Shown piece after piece: positions 27,877 to 37,796 of a stretch of DNA of 64,000 nucleotides (position 1 is the first letter of the stretch; the number at the start of each line of letters is the position of its first letter). The translations under genes were made by a program, and so were the position numbers. The notes under the pieces are model-generated. The model searched no databases. It was not told the DNA's origin and was given only the letters and a program-made list of their open reading frames with translations. The stretch is from an uncultured Bacteroidota bacterium. GTDB taxonomy: Bacteria > Bacteroidota > Bacteroidia > Chitinophagales > Chitinophagaceae. The stretch is from contig CAIRHQ010000004.1 of NCBI GenBank assembly GCA_903878475.1, forward strand, positions 3,477 to 67,476, given 5' to 3'.

Positions 27877-29991
27877 ATGGAAAAAGTTGAATGGAAGGTT
27901 GAAGGGATGACTTGTACCAATTGTGCACTCACGATCAACAAGTACCTTGAAAAACAGGGTTTGAAAGACGTGAAAGTGAATTTCATTGGCGGAGATATAA
28001 GCTTCGAAATGAGTGAATCCAATTCAACTGAAACCATTTCCAAAGGTATTGAAGCGCTGGGCTACCAGGTTGTACATCCTGAAGATAATGACCACCATGC
28101 GAAAGGCAAGGGATTATTCTCGAACCATCTCCAACGCTTCCTGTTTTGCCTTCCCTTTACCCTGGTACTGATGTTGCATATGCTTCCCTGGCATATTCAT
28201 TTTTTAATGAACCCATGGTTACAAATGGCAATTTGCCTTCCTGTTTTCTTATTGGGCATGAGTTATTTTGGTGTAAGCGCTGTAAAAAGTCTGCGTGGCG
28301 GTATCCCCAATATGAATATGCTGATCACCATCGGGGCGGTGGCTGCATTTGTATACAGTCTTACCGGCACCCTGCTCAACCTCGGGATGGATTATGCTTT
28401 TTATGAAACCACGGCTACCATCATCACCCTGGTCTTTTTGGGCGAATGGGTTGAACATAAATCCGTGGCCACTACACAATCGGAATTGAATAAACTGGCG
28501 GCCCGGCAGAAACTGATGGCCAATATGATCGCCTTCGACGAAACACACCAGGAGTTGATCTTCCCCATCGAAAACACCAAACTGCATGTAGGCGACCTTA
28601 TATTGATAAAGACCGGCGAACAGGTTCCCATGGATTGTAAGATCCTTTGGGGCGAAGCCTATGTAAACGAATCACTGCTTACGGGCGAAAGCAATCCGGT
28701 GCATAAGCTGAAAAAAGATGCACTGATCGGTGGAAGTTTGATCACTGAGGGTACGGTAAAAGCACAGGTTACTGCAGTAGGAAAAGATACCATACTCAGC
28801 AATATCCTTCAACTGGTAAAACAGGCCCAGGGAGATAAACCGCCCATTCAACAACTGGCCGATAAGATCAGTGCCATATTTGTACCTGCCGTGATCGGCA
28901 TTTCTATCCTGAGTTTTTTGTTGAATTATTTCGCCTTTGATATCAGTGTTACCGATTCATTGATGAGAAGTATCGCGGTGCTGGTGATCAGCTGCCCCTG
29001 TGCCATGGGATTGGCCACGCCGGCTGCTATTGCGGTAGGACTAGGCCGTGCAGCGCGCAATGGTATCCTGTTCAGGAATGCAAAAAGTCTGGAACTGTTT
29101 AAAGATATACGCACGGTTGTTTTTGATAAGACCGGCACGCTCACTTTAGGACAACTGACCATCAGCAACTGGCATAGTGAATTGGATGAAACCCTTTTCA
29201 AAAGCATCGTGTATTCGATCGAAAAATTTTCGAACCATCCCATTGCCAAAACCATCAGCCTGAACTGGAAGAACAGCCAAAACATCGCCTGGAAAAAAAT
29301 TGAAGAAATAAAAGGTACCGGTATGCTTGCTGAAGATCAGGAAGGCAATCAATACGCACTGGGATCTTATAAAATTGCTGCCACCCAAACTTCAGATACT
29401 AACCATACCGCCTACCTGCTAAAGAACGGATCGCTGGTGGGATGGCTGGATATGGAAGATGAACTTCGCCCCGAGTCGGCAGCCGTGATCAAATATTTAC
29501 ATGAAAAAAATATTCAGACCGTATTGTTGAGCGGCGATAGTTCTGCAAGAACAAATAAGGTGGCTTCGGCCCTGGGTATCGACAAAGTATTTGCCGAACA
29601 ATCGCCTGAAGAAAAACTTAAGGTGATAGAAACCCTCAACAACCAATCACCGGTTGCCATGGTGGGCGATGGCATCAATGATGCCCCGGCACTGGCCAAG
29701 GCCACGATCGGGATCTCCATGAGTGATGCCACACAACTGGCCATGCAAACCGCACAGGTGGTGTTGATGAATAAGGGCATTCAACATCTGCCCCTGGCAC
29801 TGGGATTAGGAAAGCATACATTCAGTACCATCAAGGGCAACCTTTTCTGGGCCTTCATTTATAATATTGTAGCCATTCCGATTGCGGCCATGGGTTTTCT
29901 ACATCCGGGCATAGCTGCACTGGCCATGGGTTTCAGCGATGTGGTACTGGCCATCAATTCAATTCGCCTGAATTACCGGAAAGTGATTTAA
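27877..29991 (+). CDS. copA: Heavy-metal P1B-type ATPase, probably Cu(I)-exporting (CopA-like)
   Basis: HMA motif MTCTNC, TGES, CPC, DKTGT, HP, GDGINDAP, plus YN and MxxS transmembrane motifs of the P1B-1 class. Confidence 0.82.
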   Translation: MEKVEWKVEGMTCTNCALTINKYLEKQGLKDVKVNFIGGDISFEMSESNSTETISKGIEALGYQVVHPEDNDHHAKGKGLFSNHLQRFLFCLPFTLVLMLHMLPWHIHFLMNPWLQMAICLPVFLLGMSYFGVSAVKSLRGGIPNMNMLITIGAVAAFVYSLTGTLLNLGMDYAFYETTATIITLVFLGEWVEHKSVATTQSELNKLAARQKLMANMIAFDETHQELIFPIENTKLHVGDLILIKTGEQVPMDCKILWGEAYVNESLLTGESNPVHKLKKDALIGGSLITEGTVKAQVTAVGKDTILSNILQLVKQAQGDKPPIQQLADKISAIFVPAVIGISILSFLLNYFAFDISVTDSLMRSIAVLVISCPCAMGLATPAAIAVGLGRAARNGILFRNAKSLELFKDIRTVVFDKTGTLTLGQLTISNWHSELDETLFKSIVYSIEKFSNHPIAKTISLNWKNSQNIAWKKIEEIKGTGMLAEDQEGNQYALGSYKIAATQTSDTNHTAYLLKNGSLVGWLDMEDELRPESAAVIKYLHEKNIQTVLLSGDSSARTNKVASALGIDKVFAEQSPEEKLKVIETLNNQSPVAMVGDGINDAPALAKATIGISMSDATQLAMQTAQVVLMNKGIQHLPLALGLGKHTFSTIKGNLFWAFIYNIVAIPIAAMGFLHPGIAALAMGFSDVVLAINSIRLNYRKVI

Positions 29992-30013
29992 TTTCAAATG
30001 GAAATTTAACGAA

Positions 30014-31918
30014 GTGGATATTCACCGGATCTTAAAGGAATATTGGGGATTCAGCCATTTCCGTGCCATGCAGGAACCGATCATTCGGTCAATACTGGAA
30101 GGCAAGGATACGCTCGCCCTGCTGCCCACGGGTGGTGGCAAATCCGTGTGCTTTCAAGTGCCGGCAATGCTGAAAGATGGGATATGCCTAGTCGTTAGTC
30201 CGCTCATCGCCCTCATGAAAGACCAGGTAGAGAACCTCAACAAAAAAGGGATACCAGCCCTGGCCGTATATTCCGGAATGAGTTTCCAGGAAGTGAAAAA
30301 GACCTTACAACAGGCCGCATTTGGGGATTATAAATTCCTATACGTTTCACCCGAAAGATTGGAAACCGATCTTTTTGAAACTGTGCTGGCCTCCATGAAA
30401 GTGAACCTGATCGCCGTTGATGAAGCGCATTGTATTTCACAATGGGGATACGATTTCAGGCCACCCTATATGCGCATCGCCAAGATCCGAGAACGACTCC
30501 CGGGTGTGCCTGTACTGGCCCTCACAGCCTCTGCTACCAAACTGGTGCAAGAAGATATTTGTGAGAAACTGCATTTTGGAAAAACCCAGCAACGATTTCA
30601 ACAATCATTTGAAAGACCGAATCTTTCATACAGTGTATTTCCCGTAGCATCAAAACAACAAAAGCTCATTGAAATATTAACCAATGTGAGCGGCTCCGCC
30701 ATCGTGTATTGCAAAAGCAGGAAGTCTACCCGCGAAATTGCAGAACTGCTGATGATGAATGGAATTGCTGCCGATCATTATCATGCCGGTCTCAGCAATG
30801 AAGAAAGAAATGCAAAACAAACGGCCTGGATACAAAATAAAACCCGCGTGATCGTATGTACCAATGCCTTTGGGATGGGTATTGATAAACCTGATGTGAG
30901 AACCGTGGTGCATTATCATGTACCCGATTGTCTCGAAAATTATTACCAGGAGGCTGGTAGGGCGGGGCGTGACGGGGAACGCGCATATGCGGTCATGTTA
31001 CACGGCCCTCAAGAACTGAATGAACTGTTACAACAAACCGATATCCGTTATCCCAGTGAAGCGCTGATCAAACAAGTGTATGTTGCCCTCATGAATCATT
31101 TGCAGATCGCCGCCGGGTCTGGCGAAGGCATGCAGGCGGAATTAGATATGAGTGTTTTCGCAGCAGCGTTTAAACTCAATATACTCACGGCTACTTATGC
31201 CATCAAGGTGTTGGAACAGGAATCGGTACTATGGTACAACGAAGTATTTTTCAAACCCTCTACCGTAGTATTCAGTACCAATAAACAGGAGCTCGCTGAA
31301 TTTGAACACGTGCATCCAGAACTGGAGCCGCTCATCAAAGGACTCTTGCGATCATACGAAGGAATTTTTGATCATCCTGCCACGGTGTATGAATCACAGC
31401 TGGCAAAATTCATTCGGACGGAAAAAGAGATGATCAAGAAGGATCTTAAAAAACTGCACGATCGTGGCATGATCGTGTATAGTGCTCAAAAAGAAAAACC
31501 CCAACTAACGCTTTTACAAAACAGGATGTACCTGGATAATTATTCGCTTGACACCCGTAATTATTTAAAACGGAAAAAGAATTATGAAGAGCGGGTGGAA
31601 GCCATGATTCAATATGCCAAAAACGAAACTGCCTGCCGAAGTAAGATCATTGCAGCTTATTTTAATGATGTGGCTGTAAACAATTGTGGTATATGTGATA
31701 ATTGCATCCGGCAGAAAACAAAGGCCGTTTCCTTATCAGAATTTGAGATCATTTCTGGCTATATCCTGAAATTGGCCAAAACATCACCGGTAAGCGTACC
31801 CGAAATATGGGCTGAGCTGCCTGACCACAAAAAAGAAACCATCTGGGAAGTGATCCATTACCTGCAGGCAGAAAAAAAAATCAGTGCCGATCAAGCCGGG
31901 AAACTATCCGTTTCCTGA
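30014..31918 (+). CDS. recQ: RecQ-family ATP-dependent DNA helicase (no HRDC domain)
   Basis: PTGGGKS, DEAHCISQWGYDFRP, TASA, AFGMGIDK, YYQEAGRAGRDG and Zn motif CR..CGICDNC. Confidence 0.92.
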   Translation: MDIHRILKEYWGFSHFRAMQEPIIRSILEGKDTLALLPTGGGKSVCFQVPAMLKDGICLVVSPLIALMKDQVENLNKKGIPALAVYSGMSFQEVKKTLQQAAFGDYKFLYVSPERLETDLFETVLASMKVNLIAVDEAHCISQWGYDFRPPYMRIAKIRERLPGVPVLALTASATKLVQEDICEKLHFGKTQQRFQQSFERPNLSYSVFPVASKQQKLIEILTNVSGSAIVYCKSRKSTREIAELLMMNGIAADHYHAGLSNEERNAKQTAWIQNKTRVIVCTNAFGMGIDKPDVRTVVHYHVPDCLENYYQEAGRAGRDGERAYAVMLHGPQELNELLQQTDIRYPSEALIKQVYVALMNHLQIAAGSGEGMQAELDMSVFAAAFKLNILTATYAIKVLEQESVLWYNEVFFKPSTVVFSTNKQELAEFEHVHPELEPLIKGLLRSYEGIFDHPATVYESQLAKFIRTEKEMIKKDLKKLHDRGMIVYSAQKEKPQLTLLQNRMYLDNYSLDTRNYLKRKKNYEERVEAMIQYAKNETACRSKIIAAYFNDVAVNNCGICDNCIRQKTKAVSLSEFEIISGYILKLAKTSPVSVPEIWAELPDHKKETIWEVIHYLQAEKKISADQAGKLSVS

Positions 31919-31969
31919 CCAAACCCCAAGTAACAAGTATTGCTGAATGGAAGGGATATGTAGGGTATA

Positions 31970-32036
31970 AAATAAAAAAAGGGACCAAGATAGAAATCTA
32001 GTCCCGCTTTAAAATCCAATATCCTATGAAAAACCG
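31970..32036 (-). ncRNA. Candidate small non-coding RNA (promoter directly followed by about 65 nt and a terminator)
   Basis: TATCTTCG (-7 variant) at 32040-32047 with TTG about 20 nt upstream; hairpin GGGACTAGAT-TTCT-ATCTTGGTCCC plus U-tract; no ORF inside. Confidence 0.35.
31974..32005 (-). terminator. Intrinsic terminator (minus strand)
   Basis: GGGAC...GTCCC stem followed by T7 on the minus strand. Confidence 0.7.
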
Positions 32037-32185
32037 TAGCGAAGATAATACGGAATTTACTATTATGCAACATTTTATTTGTCCTTTTTTAAAAAATCGA
32101 TATTTCCAATTTGTGTAAAAAGTACACAAATCTATATTTTATCCATATTATACATTACGAAATATCAGCTGATTACGGGGGAAAA

Positions 32186-32593
32186 TCATTTTTGTAGGGT
32201 ATAAGATCCCTTTCTAACCAAGTAGCTGTCACCCTGATACCAGACGATTGCTTCATTCATGAGACTGTCTTCCAGGGGAATAGGCTTGGCCATACCTCTA
32301 ATAAAATCGGGTTGAAACATGGTTACCCGTTGCTTTGGAGAAAGAATAACCAGCTTTCCTGATCGGATATATCCCATATCCTGATAATTGCTGATAAAGA
32401 CCCGGTCGCTGGTTTCAGCTGTTTTATAAATATCTAATCCAATGAACCTGCTGGTATAATTCAAATTCATCATACCTAAAACCGTTGGGGCAAGATCGAT
32501 CTGGCTGACCATTCTTTTTTCAATTGCCGGCTTCACCAAGGAAGGAGCATAGATAAAATAAGGAATATGATATTGGACCAAACCGATGTTCAA
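32186..32593 (-). pseudogene. C-terminal remnant of an LTA-synthase/sulfatase family gene
   Basis: YHIPYFIYAP, SQIDLAPTVLGMMN and FISNYQ match the C-terminal end of LtaS-like proteins. There is no ATG, an in-frame TGA lies 6 codons upstream, and the TM and catalytic domains are absent. Confidence 0.65.
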
Positions 32594-32657
32594 ATATGGA
32601 AGCGCGTAGGATCATGTTTCAAAAACAAGGCTGCTGTAGCTGGAATTGCCTCCAATT

Positions 32658-33101
32658 TTAATCTCCGCTTTCTGAGGGAACTTTTACCCACATGATCTTG
32701 ACTTCCGCTTTATTGATCCCTACGGCAGTTCCGATCAACAAGTCGCCGTTCTTATTGTTCAACTTCAGGCGATAGGGTAACACATATTCGCCATTAAGCA
32801 ACTCAAAACTCAGCCACTCATCTTCTAGTTTTATATTCCTGAATTCGTATAGGTGGGGACCTACCGACTTGATCACCGGTTGGTCATGATCCATCCAGAT
32901 GCTGAATGTATCGTGGTAAGCCACATCTGTCTTTCGGTTATAACTCCAGGTCTCCGACCATTTCCCATCATACACCGATCCAGAATTTTTAGTGGACTTA
33001 CTTGATCCCCCGGCCTGACCAGCAGTTTCCTGCGCCAGGCTACAAAAACAAATAAATAGTCCTGCACAAAACAACAGGACTTGCTTGTGATAATATTTCA
33101 T
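32658..33101 (-). CDS. Hypothetical exported protein (about 147 aa, beta-rich)
   Basis: Signal peptide (VLLFCAGLFICFCSLAQ) followed by a YDGKWS lipocalin-like start. Confidence 0.6.
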   Translation of the reverse strand: MKYYHKQVLLFCAGLFICFCSLAQETAGQAGGSSKSTKNSGSVYDGKWSETWSYNRKTDVAYHDTFSIWMDHDQPVIKSVGPHLYEFRNIKLEDEWLSFELLNGEYVLPYRLKLNNKNGDLLIGTAVGINKAEVKIMWVKVPSESGD

Positions 33102-33112
33102 ATGATTTTTTT

Positions 33113-34666
33113 TTAAAACCAACTGGTAGACTTTTTAGTTGTTCTGCCTCCAAGACCAAGTGCCCCCAGTAATGACCGCACAATGGTATTACCAGCAGTG
33201 CGTGCCATACTTTTCACGATCGAATTGTTCTCAATTTTTTCCAACGTTGTAGGCTCTGGTTTCTGTGTTCTTTTCGTGGTGCCTGTATCAGTATCCTGAG
33301 ATTTTTCAGCCGCTTCCTGCAATTTGGCGGTCAATATCTCATAGGCAGATTCACTGTCGATGGCTTGGTTATACTTGGCCACCATCTTAGACCTTGTGTT
33401 GATGGCGTCAATTTCAGCAGGGGTAAGGATATCCATCCTGCTGCGTGGTGAAGCCAGAAAAGTATGTGCCAGCGGTGTGGGAATCCCTTTTTCATTTAGC
33501 ATGGTCACCAGGGCTTCCCCGATGCCCAGTTGCGTGATCAGGTCTTCGGTTTTATAAAATTCAGTTTCCGGATAGTTTTCAGCTGTTTGTTTGATGAGTT
33601 TCCTGTCGGCCGCTGTAAAAGCCCGCAGGGCATGCTGAATTTTCAGTCCTAGTTGCGCCAGCACACTAGCCGGTACATCCATTGGATTTTGCGTACAAAA
33701 AAAGATGCCGATACCCTTTGACCGGATCAGTTTTACCATGGTTTCAATCTGTTGCAGCAAAGCACTGCTGGCATCCTGAAAGATCAGGTGCGCTTCATCA
33801 ATAAATATCACCAGTTTGGGTTTATCAAGATCTCCTTCCTCTGGGCTGCTGGCATAGAGTTCGGCCAGCATCTGCAACATAAATGTGGAAAATAGTTTTG
33901 GCTTATCCTGCAGGTCGGTCACCCGCAGCACGCTGATCATTCCTCGACCATCGTCGCTGATCCGCATCAGGTCATCCACTTCAAAACTTCGCTCCCCAAA
34001 AAATACATCAGCGCCCTGTTGCTGCAGTTCGATCACTTTGCGCAATATGGTTCCGGTAGAGGTGGTGGAAATATTGCCATAGGTTTTTTGCAGTTCGGCC
34101 TTACCCTCATCACCGATATACTGCAGCACTTTGATGAAATCCTTCAGATCCAGCAAGGGCAATTTAGTATCATCACAATATTTGAAGATCATGGCCACTA
34201 CGCCTCCCTGGGTATCGTTCAGCTCCAGGATCTTACTCAACAATACCGGACCAAATTCACTAACTGTTGCGCGTAAATGCACTCCGTTTTTTCCGGTGAG
34301 GGTCAGCAATTCTGCCGGAAAAACGGCAGGCTTGTATTCCATTGTAAGTTTCTGGTAGCGTTCTTTCAGCTTATCATTTTCGGCACCCATGGCGGCGATC
34401 CCGCTCAGGTCGCCCTTGATATCCATCACCAACACCGGCACACTGGCATCACTCAGGTATTCACTGATCATCTGAAGGGTTTTGGTTTTACCGGTGCCGG
34501 TAGCTCCTGCGATCAATCCATGCCTGTTCATCGTTTTCAAAGGAAGAAAAATACCTGCTTCGGGAACCACTTCCCCATTGAGCATGGCCGCCCCGATCTT
34601 TACCGATTCGCCTTTAAAATGATAACCATCATTGATGGACTGAATAAAAGTTTCCTTAGTTGCCAT
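33113..34666 (-). CDS. DUF853 / HerA-like P-loop ATPase (YjgR family)
   Basis: NRHGLIAGATGTGKTKTLQ, DIKGDLSG, FIDEAHLIF, RSKGIG and QHALRAFT. Confidence 0.9.
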   Translation of the reverse strand: MATKETFIQSINDGYHFKGESVKIGAAMLNGEVVPEAGIFLPLKTMNRHGLIAGATGTGKTKTLQMISEYLSDASVPVLVMDIKGDLSGIAAMGAENDKLKERYQKLTMEYKPAVFPAELLTLTGKNGVHLRATVSEFGPVLLSKILELNDTQGGVVAMIFKYCDDTKLPLLDLKDFIKVLQYIGDEGKAELQKTYGNISTTSTGTILRKVIELQQQGADVFFGERSFEVDDLMRISDDGRGMISVLRVTDLQDKPKLFSTFMLQMLAELYASSPEEGDLDKPKLVIFIDEAHLIFQDASSALLQQIETMVKLIRSKGIGIFFCTQNPMDVPASVLAQLGLKIQHALRAFTAADRKLIKQTAENYPETEFYKTEDLITQLGIGEALVTMLNEKGIPTPLAHTFLASPRSRMDILTPAEIDAINTRSKMVAKYNQAIDSESAYEILTAKLQEAAEKSQDTDTGTTKRTQKPEPTTLEKIENNSIVKSMARTAGNTIVRSLLGALGLGGRTTKKSTSWF

Positions 34667-34739
34667 AGTGCACAATTTTTATGTAGGAAAGATACAAAGG
34701 GAAAAGGAAATGATGTAGAAGTTTTTACCCTTTTGATGT

Positions 34740-34747
34740 TAATTTTG
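34740..34747 (+). promoter_or_regulatory. -7 promoter element TAATTTTG 4 nt before the peroxidase ATG
   Basis: Exact TAnnTTTG match. Confidence 0.6.
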
Positions 34748-34751
34748 TAGT

Positions 34752-35702
34752 ATGAAAAAACAAATCGGATTTATTTTTTTCATGGGATCGCTACTGGCCC
34801 TTACCAATATTTTTTTTATTGAAAAGCCTGCTGATATCAATACTAAGGCTGCCCTTGGCAAAAAAATATTCAACGAAAAACTGCTGTCAAAAGATTCGTC
34901 GATCAGTTGTGCCAGTTGCCATAAACCTGCCTATGCATTTGCCGACACGATGGCCTTTAGTCTGGGCATTGAAGGAAAACATACCCTACGCAACACACCC
35001 TCTGTATTAAATATGAAGAACCGCCCCTATTATTTCTGGGATGGAAGGGCCGGCTCATTAGAACAACAGGCATTAATGCCCATTGAAAACCCCGATGAAA
35101 TGGGATTGCCCATTGCCATTGCTGTACAAAGACTCAATGATAACCCCCTCTATAAAAACCTGTTCTTAAAAATTTATAAGCAAAATCCATCAAAAGAAAA
35201 TCTGGCTTCTGCGCTGGCTGCCTTTGAAAATACACTGGAGACCAGCAACAGCAAATTCGATGACTGGAGCAATAATCTTCGCAAACTTTCAGCCGAAGAG
35301 GAAGCAGGCCGACAACTTTTTATCGGTGACAAGGCAAAATGCTTCAGTTGTCATTCAATGGAAGATTTCACCGATGATGGGTTCAAGAATATTGGATTGT
35401 ACAATGGCAAAGCACTCAATGATGCCGGCCATTTTAATTTCAAAAAGGACTCGGCCAACCTGGGGAAATTTAAAACACCCGGACTGCGCAATGTGGCTGT
35501 AACCGCTCCTTATATGCACAATGGCATGTTCGCAACCTTGGAGGCGGTGGTGGATTATTATAATGATCCGAGCAAATATGTGACCCATCCGATCAATATC
35601 GACCCCAGTTTGAGCCAACCATTAGGGCTCACAGAAAAAGAAAAAAAATCGCTGGTAGCATTCTTAAAAACCTTGACAGATAAGGCTTTTGTGAAAAAAT
35701 AA
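34752..35702 (+). CDS. Di-heme cytochrome c peroxidase family protein (MauG/MbnH-like)
   Basis: CASCH and CFSCH, RNTPS, FWDGRA, FKTPGLRNVAVTAPYMHNG; signal peptide. Confidence 0.88.
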   Translation: MKKQIGFIFFMGSLLALTNIFFIEKPADINTKAALGKKIFNEKLLSKDSSISCASCHKPAYAFADTMAFSLGIEGKHTLRNTPSVLNMKNRPYYFWDGRAGSLEQQALMPIENPDEMGLPIAIAVQRLNDNPLYKNLFLKIYKQNPSKENLASALAAFENTLETSNSKFDDWSNNLRKLSAEEEAGRQLFIGDKAKCFSCHSMEDFTDDGFKNIGLYNGKALNDAGHFNFKKDSANLGKFKTPGLRNVAVTAPYMHNGMFATLEAVVDYYNDPSKYVTHPINIDPSLSQPLGLTEKEKKSLVAFLKTLTDKAFVKK

Positions 35703-35817
35703 ATTTTTTCGCCTAACCAGTTCTGTGATAACATGATTACCTTTAACAAAACATTAGGCCCACTAAACTCCCCGATGAATACTGAAATAATTTTATTTGC
35801 TATTAAATAAACAAACA

Positions 35818-36516
35818 ATGGAACCCACAAAACCTCAAATATTATTGTGCGAAGATGACACCAACCTTGGCATGGTACTGAAAAATTATCTGGAACTGAA
35901 CGATTATGAAGTTACCCTGGAAAGAGATGGTCGTCTTGGACTGGCTGCCTTTCAGCGCGAAAAATTTGATATCTGTCTACTGGATGTGATGATGCCCAAT
36001 ATGGATGGATTTGCTCTCGCCGAAGAGATCCGCGATGTAAATCCGGATGTGCCCTTATTCTTCCTGAGTGCAAAGACCATGAAAGATGATATCATCCAGG
36101 GATATAAACTGGGTGCCGATGATTATATCACCAAGCCATTCGACAGCGAGGTGTTGTTGCATAAAATAAAAGCCATCCTGAAACGCAATGAAGAAACCCA
36201 TCGCGAAGAAGCCAATGCTGAATTCGATCTGGGAAATTATCATTTCAATCCTCGCTTAAGAGAATTGACCATTGCCGGAAAAGTACAAACCCTTTCGCCC
36301 AAAGAAAATGAATTGCTGAAGATGCTGAGCGAATACAAAAATGATCTGCTGAGCCGCGAAATTGCGTTGAAAAAAATATGGGGCAGCGATACTTATTTCA
36401 ATGGAAGAAGTATGGATGTGTATATCGCCAAATTACGCAAGTACCTGAAAGAAGATCCCGCTATTGAAATTGTGAATATTCATGGAAATGGATTCAGGCT
36501 TGTGGTAACGGAATAA
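35818..36516 (+). CDS. rprY: OmpR-family response regulator RprY
   Basis: Receiver (EDD, DVMMP, KPF) plus winged helix (LSPKENELL, GRSMDVYIAKLRK); start MEPTK at 35818. Confidence 0.85.
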   Translation: MEPTKPQILLCEDDTNLGMVLKNYLELNDYEVTLERDGRLGLAAFQREKFDICLLDVMMPNMDGFALAEEIRDVNPDVPLFFLSAKTMKDDIIQGYKLGADDYITKPFDSEVLLHKIKAILKRNEETHREEANAEFDLGNYHFNPRLRELTIAGKVQTLSPKENELLKMLSEYKNDLLSREIALKKIWGSDTYFNGRSMDVYIAKLRKYLKEDPAIEIVNIHGNGFRLVVTE

Positions 36517-36538
36517 TTGATCCCTCAAATGATATCTG

Positions 36539-36565
36539 ATGCTGCCCATGGGCAGCATTTTTTTT
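36539..36565. terminator. Terminator between rprY and ruvB
   Basis: Palindrome ATGCTGCCCATGGGCAGCAT followed by a T-tract. Confidence 0.75.
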
Positions 36566-37598
36566 AACTGAATAGCAGATTATCGTCTTTATCTTTTGCT
36601 GCCCGCTTACCCAAGTGTTCGTAGGCTTTTGCGGTGGCTTCCCTGCCACGTGAGGTCCTTTGTAAAAATCCTTCCTGTATCAAGAATGGCTCGTACACTT
36701 CTTCCAGTGTTCCGGTTTCTTCACCTACTGCAGTAGCAATGGTAGTGATGCCTACCGGTCCGCCCTTAAACTTATCAATGATCACCGACAGGATACGGTT
36801 ATCCATTTCATCCAGTCCGTGCTTATCTACATTCAATGCCTTCAACGCATGCTCTGTTATGGCCAGATCAATTACCCCATTGCCGATCACTTGTGCAAAA
36901 TCACGCACCCGGCGAAGCAATCCATTGGCAATTCTGGGTGTGCCCCTGCTTCTTCTTGAAATTTCATCGGCAGCATCACTGGTAATTTTTGTGCCCAGTA
37001 TCTTTGACGAACGTAAGATGATATTCTTTAAGGTTACTGCATCATAATATTCTAAGCGCGATTTAATTCCGAAACGCGAAAGCAATGGAGCAGTAAGCAA
37101 ACCGCTACGGGTTGTGGCACCAATTAAAGTAAAAGGATTCAGGTTTAGTTGCACACTTCTTGCATTGGGACCGCTATCGATCATGATATCGATGCGATAA
37201 TCTTCCATGGCCGCATAAAGATATTCTTCCACAACAGTACTCAACCGATGGATCTCATCAATGAAAAGTACATCATTGGGTTCCAGATTAGTGAGTAAGC
37301 CAGCCAGATCACCGGGCTTTTCAATCACCGGGCCACTGGTTTCTTTTATTTGAACACCCAATTCATTGGCCACAATTCGGCTGAGGGTAGTTTTACCCAG
37401 GCCGGGAGGACCATGAAATAAAATATGATCAAGCGCTTCGCCCCGCATCTTTGCAGCCTTGATGAAAATGCTGATATTTTCAATGATCTGCGACTGACCC
37501 GAAAAATCATGGATCACCGAAGGGCGGATGCTGTTTTCAAAGGCAGCATCGGCCGAGCTCAGATTTTCCTTGTCGCTATTTAAATTCAAATTGGGCAT
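36564..37598 (-). CDS. ruvB: Holliday junction branch migration helicase RuvB
   Basis: [33 protein letters not shown] and YEPFLIQ. Confidence 0.97.
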   Translation of the reverse strand: MPNLNLNSDKENLSSADAAFENSIRPSVIHDFSGQSQIIENISIFIKAAKMRGEALDHILFHGPPGLGKTTLSRIVANELGVQIKETSGPVIEKPGDLAGLLTNLEPNDVLFIDEIHRLSTVVEEYLYAAMEDYRIDIMIDSGPNARSVQLNLNPFTLIGATTRSGLLTAPLLSRFGIKSRLEYYDAVTLKNIILRSSKILGTKITSDAADEISRRSRGTPRIANGLLRRVRDFAQVIGNGVIDLAITEHALKALNVDKHGLDEMDNRILSVIIDKFKGGPVGITTIATAVGEETGTLEEVYEPFLIQEGFLQRTSRGREATAKAYEHLGKRAAKDKDDNLLFS

Positions 37599-37784
37599 GT
37601 AATGTTTTTATGGAATGCTGTAAAACTAATTATCATTCATCATAAAACCATAAATACCCTATCTGACCGGGCCATCTACCCATCACTATAAGTCCCAAAA
37701 GCTCCCCTTTCACACCCGGTTAACCTCTTAACCACCCATTTCACCATTAATCAAATGGAGCCTGAATTTCATTAACTTCAGGAG

Positions 37785-37792
37785 TAATTTTG
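37785..37792 (+). promoter_or_regulatory. -7 promoter element TAATTTTG 4 nt before the sensor kinase ATG
   Basis: Exact TAnnTTTG match. Confidence 0.6.
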
Positions 37793-37796
37793 CTAT

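Noticed and set aside
37679-37745. TTCAC/TTAAC repeats upstream of the LytS-LytTR operon as LytTR binding sites
   Set aside because: Repeats are short and irregularly spaced; too weak to call by eye.
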